Part shown: positions 43,458 to 52,294 of the stretch, one piece after another | Position numbering within the stretch: the first letter of the stretch is position 1 | Layout of the letters: each line of letters starts with the position of its first letter | DNA from: an uncultured virus (IMG/VR IMGVR_UViG_3300005673_000046) | Taxonomy: Duplodnaviria > Heunggongvirae > Uroviricota > Caudoviricetes | DNA: 64,000 nucleotides | Direction: 5' to 3' (one strand) | IMG/VR virus record: IMGVR_UViG_3300005673_000046 | Notes under the pieces: generated by a model | Databases searched by the model: none | What the model was told of the DNA's origin: nothing | What the model saw: only the letters and a program-made list of their open reading frames with translations | Translations under genes and position numbers: made by a program

Positions 43458-44318
43458 GTGAGCTACACCACCCCCGACTTCGCAGACGACGCGATGGACC
43501 TGCTGCAGGCCGACGGCTACGAGGTCCACGAGGAGGCCGACGACGACACGCGCAGCGACGGCGGGACCGCCGGCCACCACTGGACGCTGACCCGCGACGG
43601 CCGCCGCGTCGCCACCGGCCCGAGCTTCGAGAGCGAGCACCAGGCCTGGCTGGACGCGCTCGCGCACCGGCTGCGCGAGCGCGCGTCCGAGGCGCCGCCG
43701 ACGCCGGGGTCCAACACCGCCCCGCTGACCGTGCGCGACCTGTGCCTGATCGAGGCCGGGCTGCTGTGCCTGCGGCACGTCATCGAACAGACCAATGGCG
43801 ATCCGCCGAACGACGTGCACGACGCGCTGCCGGCCGGCATCGAGCACCCGTCCGAGGAGGCCGACAAGCTGCTGGCGCGGCTGATCGAGCACAAGGCCCG
43901 CGCCGAACGCTTCATCGTGCTGGAGCACGAGCTGACCGACCAGGCGATGAGCGACCTACTCACCACCGCCGTCGAGTCGGGGACCGCGGCCGTGCGCTAC
44001 TGGGCCGACATCACGCGCATCCTGCGAGACAACCCGACCGACCTGAACGTGGTCGAGTTCGAGGCCGAGGTCAGCGAGGAGGGTCCGGTCACGGTGGACC
44101 ACCCCGACATCCCGGCCGCCGAGGTTTCGCGCTTCGTTTGCGACCGCCAGACCATGCGCGACGGCATCCGGCGCCTGCTGGCGCCAGGCGCCAACGTCCA
44201 CGCCAGCATCCGCAACGACGTGATGCTGCTGTGCACCGACCCCGAGCACGCGGCCGACGCCGACACCGCCGACGCTGTCGTGCAGTTCGCTGTCTTCGGC
44301 GAGCTGGTCTTCGGATGA
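43458..44318 (+). CDS. hypothetical acidic protein
   Basis: AAGGAG RBS, GTG start; C-terminal DADTADAVVQFAVFGELVFG. Confidence 0.75.
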   Translation: MSYTTPDFADDAMDLLQADGYEVHEEADDDTRSDGGTAGHHWTLTRDGRRVATGPSFESEHQAWLDALAHRLRERASEAPPTPGSNTAPLTVRDLCLIEAGLLCLRHVIEQTNGDPPNDVHDALPAGIEHPSEEADKLLARLIEHKARAERFIVLEHELTDQAMSDLLTTAVESGTAAVRYWADITRILRDNPTDLNVVEFEAEVSEEGPVTVDHPDIPAAEVSRFVCDRQTMRDGIRRLLAPGANVHASIRNDVMLLCTDPEHAADADTADAVVQFAVFGELVFG

Positions 44319-44530
44319 GCGCCACCGCATGCGCCCGCTGGCTGGGCCACGACCCGGCGCCGCCGCCAGGCATCCGGCGCGGCACCCGGGCCTGGCTGGC
44401 TTGCATCACCGACGGCCCCGCCCTGCTCTGGCACGGCGGCACCCACAAGCACCACACGGCCGCACTGGCCGAGGCCGAGGCCGAGCTGGCCAGGCGCAAC
44501 GCCCCCAAGGGGCAAGAGGAGCGCGCATGA
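44315..44530 (+). CDS. hypothetical protein
   Basis: ATGA overlaps on both sides. Confidence 0.55.
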   Translation: MSATACARWLGHDPAPPPGIRRGTRAWLACITDGPALLWHGGTHKHHTAALAEAEAELARRNAPKGQEERA

Positions 44531-44694
44531 CCTGGATCGAGAAGCTGATCCTCGCCGCCGTAGTGGCCTTCCTTGTCGTGAGCTGCATCGGCTTCGCCCG
44601 CCAGGCCGAGGAGTTCGAGCAGCACTGCCGCGATGCCGGCGGGACGGCCGTTCACAACGGCCGCAACTACGAGTGCATCCAGCGCCAGCGATGA
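44527..44694 (+). CDS. small membrane-anchored protein
   Basis: GAGGAG RBS; N-terminal TM helix; C..GG...C. Confidence 0.7.
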   Translation: MTWIEKLILAAVVAFLVVSCIGFARQAEEFEQHCRDAGGTAVHNGRNYECIQRQR

Positions 44695-44770
44695 CCCCAC
44701 CGCCCAGGCCCTGCCGGGGCCTGGCCAGTGGCGCCAGCCGGCACCACGTCACCCGAGGACACACCCGATG
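44695..44770 (+). repeat. intergenic leader repeat, copy 1
   Basis: GCCCAGGCC..GGCCTGGCCAGTGGCGCCAGCCGGCACCACGTCACCCGAGGACA; similar to 46668-46747. Confidence 0.75.
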
Positions 44771-45190
44771 AACAAGTCCATCACCCCGAGCCTGCGCCGC
44801 GGCCACGACGGCGCCCTGCGCGTCGAGTCGCGCCACCCGCTGAGCTTCGACCGCCGCGCCATCGACGTGCTGACCCACAAGGGCCACCGCGGCCTGACCT
44901 GCAGCGCGCAGTGCATCCAGCTCGCCCCGGACGGCCTGACCTTCAGCTTCGTGCTCTACCAGGACTGGCACGTGCTGCTGGCCGCCGAGAACGCCCGCGG
45001 CACCGAGCGCGCGCTGCGCGAGCTGCACGCCAAGGGCCTGCAGCGGCTGCGCGAGCTGCTGCCGGCGATCCACCAGAAGTACGGCCAGCCCGAGCCACGG
45101 CCGAGCGACTACGCGCTGCTGCTGACCGACCCGGCCGAGCTGGAGCGCGAGCGCGCGGCCGAACTGGAGTTCGAGGCCCGCGTGGCCTGA
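44768..45190 (+). CDS. hypothetical protein
   Basis: Starts MNKSITPSL after the GAGGA leader. Confidence 0.7.
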   Translation: MNKSITPSLRRGHDGALRVESRHPLSFDRRAIDVLTHKGHRGLTCSAQCIQLAPDGLTFSFVLYQDWHVLLAAENARGTERALRELHAKGLQRLRELLPAIHQKYGQPEPRPSDYALLLTDPAELERERAAELEFEARVA

Positions 45191-45257
45191 AGCGCCCTTC
45201 ACCCCTGAAGCCGGCTTCACCCCTGAAGCCGGCTGCACACCATCACCGAGGACCGAC

Positions 45258-45866
45258 ATGGCCATTCAATCCTCCCCCTGGGGCGCCGTGCAGCACGAGC
45301 AGCGCGTGGCCGAGGGCATCACCTACGTCAGCACCGCCGGACACGGCGGCTATCGCGTCACGCAGCCTCGGCTGAAGACCATGCCGCCCGAGCTGCAGGG
45401 CATCATGCCTTTCGCCGGGCCGGGCTGGTACGAGCACGACCTGGACTGGGTCATCGTGGCGCTGGCCTGGCCCGACCACTTCCCGCCGCACGTGCGCGCC
45501 GCCGCCGTCAGGACCGCCAGGACGCTGCCCGACGAGCACTACATGGTGGCCGCGCGCCACTGGCTGCTGTCCCCGGCCGGCCAGGCGCTGCGCACCGAGG
45601 CCGAGGCCTGGGAGCGCGAACACGCCGACCACTACGCCGTCAGCGCCAGCGGCACGATCCCGCGCCGCTACGAGCACGTGGCCGAGCGGCTGCTGCCCGA
45701 CATCCGGCGCCAGCACGGGAGCACGGCCTACCTGAGCTGGGCCGCACTGCGCGGCATCGTGCGCAACAGCACCGCCGAGGCGCTGCTGCTGCCCGCCGAG
45801 GTCAACGCCCCGACGGTCCGCTTGGCCGACATCCCGGCAGAGCGAGTGCTGAGGGTCACGCCATGA
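45258..45866 (+). CDS. DUF7007-like domain protein
   Basis: SPWGAVQ..AEGITYVSTAGHGG..WYEHDLDW. Confidence 0.7.
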   Translation: MAIQSSPWGAVQHEQRVAEGITYVSTAGHGGYRVTQPRLKTMPPELQGIMPFAGPGWYEHDLDWVIVALAWPDHFPPHVRAAAVRTARTLPDEHYMVAARHWLLSPAGQALRTEAEAWEREHADHYAVSASGTIPRRYEHVAERLLPDIRRQHGSTAYLSWAALRGIVRNSTAEALLLPAEVNAPTVRLADIPAERVLRVTP

Positions 45867-46123
45867 GCGACGACGACGCACTGCGCGATGCGCTGACTCG
45901 CCTTACGCACGCCACCCGTCAGCACGCCGCCGCAGAGCTTGCGCTGCGCAAGGCCCGAGCCGAGTTGAACGACGCCGAGGACGAGGTCTTGAACTGCGCC
46001 GGCCACCGCGACTCTGTGTTCCCCGTGATCCACGGCGGCATCGTCTACGTGCTGCCCGATGAATACTGGGAGCGCCCCAAGGGCGATCGCATCGCGGTCC
46101 TCGTGCCGAGGAGCCTGACGTGA
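45863..46123 (+). CDS. hypothetical protein
   Basis: ATGA overlap. Confidence 0.6.
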   Translation: MSDDDALRDALTRLTHATRQHAAAELALRKARAELNDAEDEVLNCAGHRDSVFPVIHGGIVYVLPDEYWERPKGDRIAVLVPRSLT

Positions 46124-46665
46124 GCCACCTGCACCACGACGACGCGCGCCAGGCCGATCCGCTGTGGCGCCACGCGCACCTGCTGCGCTGCCTGCACGCG
46201 GCGCACCAGCCGCGCCTGGACGAGCTGGCGCAGCGCCGGCGCCGCATCCTCACGGCCAGGCGCATCGAGCGCGAGGACCGGGCCGAGCGCGAGCTGGCGC
46301 AGCTGCTGGAGTCCCTGGACCTGGACAACGCACCGGCAGACGCCCCTTGGCAGGTCCGGCTCATGGTCGAGGAGAACCGCATGCGCCTGAACATGGCCCG
46401 ATGGGCCGAGGGCGGCCGCATCGGCATGGTCATCGAGTCGCGCGACTCCGACTGCGTCTACAGCGTGCGCGCGAAGGTGCTCAACGCGCGCTGGCCCACC
46501 GTGCAGGCCTACATGCAGCGCACCGAGGACGGCGCCGACGGCCCGGTCCACTTCCGGCTGTGCAGGCCCAGCTCGCTGCGCGAGTTCGAGCCCGTCACGC
46601 GCGACCTGGTGCTTGAGGCCATGGAGGAGGGACACCCGCACCACGTCGTTTCGCCGATCGGCTGA
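46120..46665 (+). CDS. hypothetical protein
   Basis: GAGGAG RBS, GTGA overlap; TRDLVLEAMEEGHPH. Confidence 0.7.
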   Translation: MSHLHHDDARQADPLWRHAHLLRCLHAAHQPRLDELAQRRRRILTARRIEREDRAERELAQLLESLDLDNAPADAPWQVRLMVEENRMRLNMARWAEGGRIGMVIESRDSDCVYSVRAKVLNARWPTVQAYMQRTEDGADGPVHFRLCRPSSLREFEPVTRDLVLEAMEEGHPHHVVSPIG

Positions 46666-46667
46666 GG

Positions 46668-46747
46668 CCCCACGGCCCAGGCCTGCGCGCCAGGCCTGGC
46701 CTGTGGGGCCATCCCGGCACCACTTCACCCGAGGACATCGACCCATG
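46668..46747 (+). repeat. intergenic leader repeat, copy 2
   Basis: GCCCAGGCC..GGCCTGGCCTGTGGGGCCATCCCGGCACCACTTCACCCGAGGACA. Confidence 0.75.
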
Positions 46748-47239
46748 CAACCCGACAACCAAGACCAACCGGCCGAACGCCGCAGTGTGCGCGTCGTCAC
46801 GCCCGAGCAGTTCCTCAAGCTGCTGCGCGACCTGCCTCCGGCCACCGAAGACAAGGGCGCCGCCGCGGGCGCCAGCGAGGACCACAAGAAGGAGAAGTGT
46901 CGGCCGGCCACGGCCGACGAGGTCCGCCACCTGCTCGCGCGCCCGCGGCTCCGCACCGGCGACGTGGTGCGCCTGCTGCCCTTCGCGGCGCCGCGCTTTC
47001 GGTGGCCCGGCCCCACCGACGAGTGCATCGTCACGCAGGTGCTGGACGAGCCGCACCGCAGCGGCGAGCACGCCACGCCGCAGACCGCCGAGCGGCTGGA
47101 CATCGCGCTGGCGTTCACCAACAGCGACGGCCTCCTGGTCGAGTGCCTGTACGACAGTCGGTGCTTCGAGCGCATGGGCAGCGTGGTGAACAACGACATC
47201 GTCGATCCCGATTGGAACCCACGCGCGCCGCCGCGATGA
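46745..47239 (+). CDS. hypothetical protein (SH3/KOW-like beta domain)
   Basis: LRTGDVV..CIVTQVLDEP..YDSRCFE. Confidence 0.7.
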   Translation: MQPDNQDQPAERRSVRVVTPEQFLKLLRDLPPATEDKGAAAGASEDHKKEKCRPATADEVRHLLARPRLRTGDVVRLLPFAAPRFRWPGPTDECIVTQVLDEPHRSGEHATPQTAERLDIALAFTNSDGLLVECLYDSRCFERMGSVVNNDIVDPDWNPRAPPR

Positions 47240-48808
47240 ACCGCACCGTCATCCCTTCCGGCGCCCAGATCAATGCCAACCAGAAGGCCCAGGTGGCATT
47301 GAGCACGGCGGCCCTGCAAGAAGCCGTGGGCAAGCTGGTCGCCCGCTACATCCAAGACATCGAATCCAAGGAGAACCCTGTGAGCAAGACCCTCGAAGCC
47401 GCCAAGACCGTCCACGTCGCCGCCATCGAACGGCATGGCGAGAAGCTGACCATCCCGGCGAACATGAACCTGCAAGACGCCGCCGCCCTCATCAAGGCGC
47501 GCATGGAGTACGAGGACACCGAGGTCCGCATCATGGAGAAGTTCGACGTGCTGCCCTTCGACGGGGCCCACGCCCTCAACGAAGTGCTGCGCGCCAAGTT
47601 CGGCTGGGCGCAGGGCGTGGCGATCGAGTCGTTCTTCGGGCAGATCGCGCCGATGCTGCTCTCCGGCGAGGTCGCCCCCGGCGTCATCGCGCAGGTGCCC
47701 TGGGGCCGCTTGTCCCTGCCCACGATCAAGGGCCACATCGAGACGGGATCGACCCGCGAGAACGGGCGCGTGCGCTTCGCCATCATGGCGGCCGTGCTGC
47801 GCCGCGACGAGGCGACGATCCGCTCGCTGTTCGACGAGGTGCGCGAATACCTCAAGACCGGCTCGATCTACATGGGCAAGGCGGTGCGCGCGCTTCCGCA
47901 CCGACGACGGCGACTACCTGGACATGCCGCGCATCGAGTTCATCGACACGCGCTCGACCGACCCCGACGACCTGATCTACCACCCGGACCTGGCCGCGGC
48001 GATCCAGACCAACCTGTTCACGCCGATCACGCGCGCGACCGACTGCGCGGCCAACGGCATCCCGCTGAAGCGCGGCATCCTGCTGGGCGGCACCTTCGGC
48101 ACGGGCAAGACCATGGCCGCGGCCGTGGCGGCGCGCCTGGCGGTGGACGCGGGCATCACCTACGTCTACGTGCCCCACGCCGACGAGCTGGCCGACGCCA
48201 TCGAGTTCGCCCGGCAGTACCAGTCCCCGGCGTGCGTCGTCTTCTGCGAGGACGTCGACCGCGTCGTGGCCGGCGAGCGGTCGGTGGAGATGGACGACAT
48301 CCTCAACATCATCGACGGCATCGACTCCAAGGACGCCAACGTCATCACGGTGCTGACCACCAACGACCTGCACTCGATCAACCAGGCGATGCTCCGGCCG
48401 GGCCGCCTGGACGCCATCATCGACATGATCCCGCCCGATGCGGCAACCGCCGAGCGGCTGCTGCGGCGCTATGCCGGCCCGGCCATCGCGCCCGACACCG
48501 AGCTGACGGTGGCGGCGGGAATCCTCGCGGGGCACATCCCGGCCGTCATCGCCGAAGTGGTGCGCCGCGCGAAGCTCGCGCAACTGCGCCGCCAGGCGCC
48601 CGGCACGCCGGTCACGCAGCTGAGCCAGGAAGCCCTGATCGAGGCGGCCCAGACGATGCGGGCCCAGGTCAGCCTGCTCAAGGACCGCACGAAGATCGAG
48701 CCGATGACGCTGGACAGCATGCTCGCCCAGACCCTCGCCCTGGCGCTGGAGCCGCAGATGCAGCGCCTCGAGGACCGGCTGCGCAGCATCGAGAAGGAAG
48801 TCAGCTGA
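47236..48808 (+). pseudogene. AAA+ ATPase split by a frameshift near 47890
   Basis: N-half ..GSIYMGKAVR continues in another frame as RFRTDDG..GILLGGTFGTGKT..FCEDVD..TTN..MLRPGRLD; alternative start GTG 47380 with AAGGAG. Confidence 0.8.
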
Positions 48809-48870
48809 TCGAGCGCCGGCCGCCGCGCCGGCGCGCGGCGGCCCTTTCTTGCCCACTGGAGCACAACACC

Positions 48871-49158
48871 ATGCACCGCGAAGTCCTGCGGGCCAGCGGC
48901 ACGCGAGAGCCGCTGCCGCACCCCATCACGATCACGAAGGCGGCCGAGCTGATCGGCGCCGACACCCTCACCACGGTCAACCTGCGCGACGGCCGGATCA
49001 TGCTGGTCGACGACACCGGCCACCACAAGGGCCTGCCGATCAACGCCGAGGCGACCAGCCTGTATCACTCGATCTGCAGGCCGGGCACCACCTGGAAGAT
49101 CGTCGGCGACGCCGTGATCGTGTTCGACGCCGACTACGCCGAAGACGACGAGCCATGA
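48871..49158 (+). CDS. DUF3846-like protein
   Basis: MLVDDTG..KGLPINAEAT..IVGDAVI. Confidence 0.65.
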   Translation: MHREVLRASGTREPLPHPITITKAAELIGADTLTTVNLRDGRIMLVDDTGHHKGLPINAEATSLYHSICRPGTTWKIVGDAVIVFDADYAEDDEP

Positions 49159-49394
49159 AGCTCACCGGCAAGGCCAAGACCGCCGTCAACCGCAAGACCG
49201 ACGAGCGGCTGCTCAAGCGCGGCGGCTGGATTCTCCCCGTGCGCCTGACGCCCAAGGCGGTTCAGGACATGACGCTGATCGCGCGCTACTACGGCCTGAA
49301 GTCCAACGCCGAGGCTATCCGGCTGGCGCTGGACCACAAGGGCAACCGGCTGCGCCAGCTCATGTCGAGCGCAGGCGCAGGCCGCAAGCCCTGA
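49155..49394 (+). CDS. ribbon-helix-helix-like DNA-binding protein
   Basis: LPVRLTPKA..YGLKSNAEAIRLAL. Confidence 0.55.
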   Translation: MKLTGKAKTAVNRKTDERLLKRGGWILPVRLTPKAVQDMTLIARYYGLKSNAEAIRLALDHKGNRLRQLMSSAGAGRKP

Positions 49395-49944
49395 CGGCGC
49401 GATCGCTCTCGCGCAGGCCCAGCGCCTGCGCGAGCAGCACCCGCGCGCGGCGCAGCACCTGCGACACGCGCGACGCTGACACCCCGACCGCCGCGGCTGC
49501 CTCGGCTTGCTCGTCGAATCTCAGCGCGGCCTCGAGCGTTTCCAGCTCGCGCGCCGTGAGCCGCTTGCGCAGGAACGCCACCGCCTGCGCAGCGATCAGC
49601 GCCGATTCCGGGTCGTCCCCGGACACCCCCAGCCAGTCGTCGGCGTCGTCGGGCAGCGGGAAGGTCATCAGGTTCAGCATGCGCCTGCTGAAGCCCTTGC
49701 GCCCCCCCTGCGCCCGCAGCTCCTCGACCACGGCCCAGAGCGCCTGCTGATACGCAGCCGAGAACTCCGGCAGCCCGGCGCGGCCCTTGCGCGTGCGCCA
49801 CAGCGCGATGTGCGCGGCCTGGTACAGGTCGTCGACCTCCACCGTCGGCGGCACCCAGCCCCTGCTGACCGCCGCGGATACCGCATGGCCGACCGCCCGG
49901 TTCTCCTCGGCCGTCAGCAGCGGGCAGCGGTTGCGCTTGCGCAT
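49360..49944 (-). CDS. sigma70-family-like factor
   Basis: Region-2-like DDLYQAAHIALW; region-4 HTH QAEAAAAVGVSASRVSQV. Confidence 0.7.
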   Translation of the reverse strand: MRKRNRCPLLTAEENRAVGHAVSAAVSRGWVPPTVEVDDLYQAAHIALWRTRKGRAGLPEFSAAYQQALWAVVEELRAQGGRKGFSRRMLNLMTFPLPDDADDWLGVSGDDPESALIAAQAVAFLRKRLTARELETLEAALRFDEQAEAAAAVGVSASRVSQVLRRARVLLAQALGLRESDRAVRACGLRLRST

Positions 49945-49947
49945 CGC

Positions 49948-50373
49948 CTACTTCCAGGTGGGCACGCGGGCCAGGTAGGTTTCCGCGGCCTTCGCGGCCA
50001 GGTCCACCACGCTCAGGTCCGTCAGGCCCGTCACCTGCGGCATGTGCGGCAGCAGCTGATGCACCAGCTGCGCCTTCGACGGCGGCGTCCACGGGGGCGG
50101 CGGCGCGCTCATCGCATCCGCGAGGCGGTTCTGCGCCGCGATCGAGTCGCGGATGGCCGCCGCGGTGCGGTCCTGGGCCGCGGCCAGCGCGCGCGTGGCC
50201 TCGATCTGCCCGCGCCGCAGCTCGGCGTCCTGCAGCATCGCCGCAATGCGCAGGTACACGTCCCACTCTTGCCAGGTCGCCCCGCTGGGCGGCGTCGGTG
50301 GCGGCGTCGGCAGCGGCGGCGGGTCGCCGGCCGGGTCAGGTGAGTCCGGGCCGCCTGGTGTCGTCTCGCTCAT
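49948..50373 (-). CDS. hypothetical Pro-rich protein
   Basis: AAGGAG RBS. Confidence 0.65.
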   Translation of the reverse strand: MSETTPGGPDSPDPAGDPPPLPTPPPTPPSGATWQEWDVYLRIAAMLQDAELRRGQIEATRALAAAQDRTAAAIRDSIAAQNRLADAMSAPPPPWTPPSKAQLVHQLLPHMPQVTGLTDLSVVDLAAKAAETYLARVPTWK

Positions 50374-50677
50374 GTCGGGACTCCTTGGATTGAACGAAGG
50401 CGCTCAGCGGCACCCGCACGGCGTCGCCATCGGCGAAGGCGACTTGAACCACGCGCCCGCGCAACACCCAGCAGCCCGGCACCACCACCTGGCCGTCGGC
50501 GCTGCGCCACTCGGCGTAGTGAGCGCCGCCCACGCAATGGCGCACCTCGTCGGTGAGCACGACCCGGGAACCGCTGACGCCAGGCGTCTCGGCCACCGGC
50601 GCGGCCACGCCGCTCGATGCCCCCAGCAGCGCCAGCGCCAGCAGCGCGGCCCACAGCACGATGGCAAGGCGTTTCAT
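50336..50677 (-). CDS. small exported protein
   Basis: Signal peptide MKRLAIVLWAALLALALLG; C..GCW motif. Confidence 0.65.
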   Translation of the reverse strand: MKRLAIVLWAALLALALLGASSGVAAPVAETPGVSGSRVVLTDEVRHCVGGAHYAEWRSADGQVVVPGCWVLRGRVVQVAFADGDAVRVPLSAFVQSKESRHERDDTRRPGLT

Positions 50678-51138
50678 GGCTTCACGGCTCCGGCACGACG
50701 AGGCCATCCGGCGAGCACTGCGCGAAGATCGGCGCTGCACTGTTCAGCGCCCTCGACAGCCGCAGCTGCAGTTCGCACAGCATCGCCCAGTAGTGCCCCG
50801 AGGGTTTCGGCTCGGCCACGGCAGGCGGCGACGGAATCGTCGGCAGGGCCGGCGGCGTAGGCGGCGACGTCGTCGCGCAGCCGGTCACGATCAGCGCGCA
50901 GAGCACGCTCGATGCGCGCATGCCGCGCGCGGTCCGCTTCACGTCCATGCTGGGCCTCCGTCACCTTCTGCTGCCAGCCGGTTTCGATGCGCCTGGCGTT
51001 CTCGGCGTGCGCCAGCGCCACCGCGAGCTTGGCCTCGCGCTCGGCCGCCTCGCGGTCCAGCGCCGCGTCCAGCTTGAGCCACAGGACCGCGCAGGCCAGC
51101 GCCAGCGCGGCGATCACGCCGAGGAGCACCCGCAGCAC
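50674..51138 (-). CDS. i-spanin (Rz-like)
   Basis: N-terminal TM helix and periplasmic coiled coil; follows the endolysin. Confidence 0.8.
   Translation of the reverse strand: MLRVLLGVIAALALACAVLWLKLDAALDREAAEREAKLAVALAHAENARRIETGWQQKVTEAQHGREADRARHARIERALRADRDRLRDDVAAYAAGPADDSVAACRGRAETLGALLGDAVRTAAAAVEGAEQCSADLRAVLAGWPRRAGAVKP
50682..50948 (-). CDS. o-spanin (Rz1-like lipoprotein) nested in Rz
   Basis: Lipobox-like IVTG-C followed by a Pro-rich tract; alternative frame. Confidence 0.75.
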   Translation of the reverse strand: MDVKRTARGMRASSVLCALIVTGCATTSPPTPPALPTIPSPPAVAEPKPSGHYWAMLCELQLRLSRALNSAAPIFAQCSPDGLVVPEP

Positions 51139-51141
51139 AGC

Positions 51142-51645
51142 TCAGGCCTCCGACTCGCTCAGCTTGCCCGGCTCCCTGTACGGCGCCGGCGGCAGCTCGC
51201 CCCAGGCCAGCGGCTTGCGGTAGGCCACGACCCGCCAGGTCGGGAACCACGCCAGGCTGACCGCGTCGCCCTGGTTGCCGCCCAGCAGCTGGACATACTG
51301 GTGGCCGGGTGAGCGCGCGGTGACGAAGCCGACATGTCCGCCGCCCTCGCGCTGCAGCACTGCCAACGCGCCCAGCCGCGGCGGCGTGGCTTCGCCCCAC
51401 TGCCGCCAGGCCAGCGCGCTCGCGTACTGCTTCGGGTAGGGCATGCCGCACTCGTCGAAGACGGCCGCGCAGAACGCGCCGCACCACGGCAGCTTGCTGT
51501 CGTCCTCGCCGTAGTGCTTCCAGAACCAGGCGCCGCCGCGCAGGCGGTGCCACAGATCCTTGATCCAGGAGTTCGAGGCCGGGCCGGGAACCTCCCGCTG
51601 CCCGATCCATTCGCGCGCGGTGCGCAGCCAGGTCGGATCGTCCAT
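51142..51645 (-). CDS. endolysin, TIGR02594/NlpC-P60-like
   Basis: PWCGAF, GGGHVGFV, LLGGNQGDAV. Confidence 0.88.
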   Translation of the reverse strand: MDDPTWLRTAREWIGQREVPGPASNSWIKDLWHRLRGGAWFWKHYGEDDSKLPWCGAFCAAVFDECGMPYPKQYASALAWRQWGEATPPRLGALAVLQREGGGHVGFVTARSPGHQYVQLLGGNQGDAVSLAWFPTWRVVAYRKPLAWGELPPAPYREPGKLSESEA

Positions 51646-51646
51646 G

Positions 51647-51877
51647 TCAGGCCTCCACGGCGGCCAGGAATTGCTCGGCCGCCTCGATTTCGTCGCCGTG
51701 CATGTCGCGCCAGCCAGCGAACGGCTCGCGCAGGCGCATGGAGCCGTGGTCGGGGGCGTAGTCCATCTCGGCCATCTCGCGCGGCATGGGCGGCGGCGAG
51801 CTGAAGACGCGGATGCGGCAGCCGGCGCAGGCTCGCCCGGTCTTGCCGTCCCAGATGAGACGGCGCAGCAGCTTCAT
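51647..51877 (-). CDS. hypothetical protein
   Basis: Fills the gap between holin and endolysin. Confidence 0.55.
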   Translation of the reverse strand: MKLLRRLIWDGKTGRACAGCRIRVFSSPPPMPREMAEMDYAPDHGSMRLREPFAGWRDMHGDEIEAAEQFLAAVEA

Positions 51878-51886
51878 GGGGCCGGA

Positions 51887-52294
51887 CTACAGCGGTGGCT
51901 TGTCGCGGCCGCGCAGCCGGCGGTGGAGCTCGTCGGCGATGTCGGCGATGTCTGACTGGCGGCGGCGCTCCAGGAAGTTGAACACCCAGCGCACGACCGT
52001 CCAGGCAGGCAGCCCGCACGCGAAGACCAGCCCCAGCATCGACACCAGGCCCAGGTAGCTGTCCGCCCAGGCGTGCAGGTTGAAGTGCAAGATCACGAAG
52101 GCGCCGCCGGCCACCGAGCCGAGCACGGTGCAGATGATGCCCACGATCCACTCGCGCAAGCTGCGCGGCGGGGTCATGCACATGACCACGACCGCAGCCA
52201 GGCCGGCGCCAGCGGCCGCGGCGCCAGCCGCGCCGCCGATGGCCTTCCACCCCACCACGCCGGCGGCGGCGCCCGAGGATGCCGGGTCGCTCAT
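51887..52294 (-). CDS. holin
   Basis: Three TM segments; FACGLPAWTVVRW; upstream of the endolysin. Confidence 0.8.
   Translation of the reverse strand: MSDPASSGAAAGVVGWKAIGGAAGAAAAGAGLAAVVVMCMTPPRSLREWIVGIICTVLGSVAGGAFVILHFNLHAWADSYLGLVSMLGLVFACGLPAWTVVRWVFNFLERRRQSDIADIADELHRRLRGRDKPPL

Noticed and set aside
46897..49158. 753-aa ORF as one protein
   Set aside because: Concatenates shadow sequence, the ATPase N-domain and the separate DUF3846-like gene because of the frameshift.
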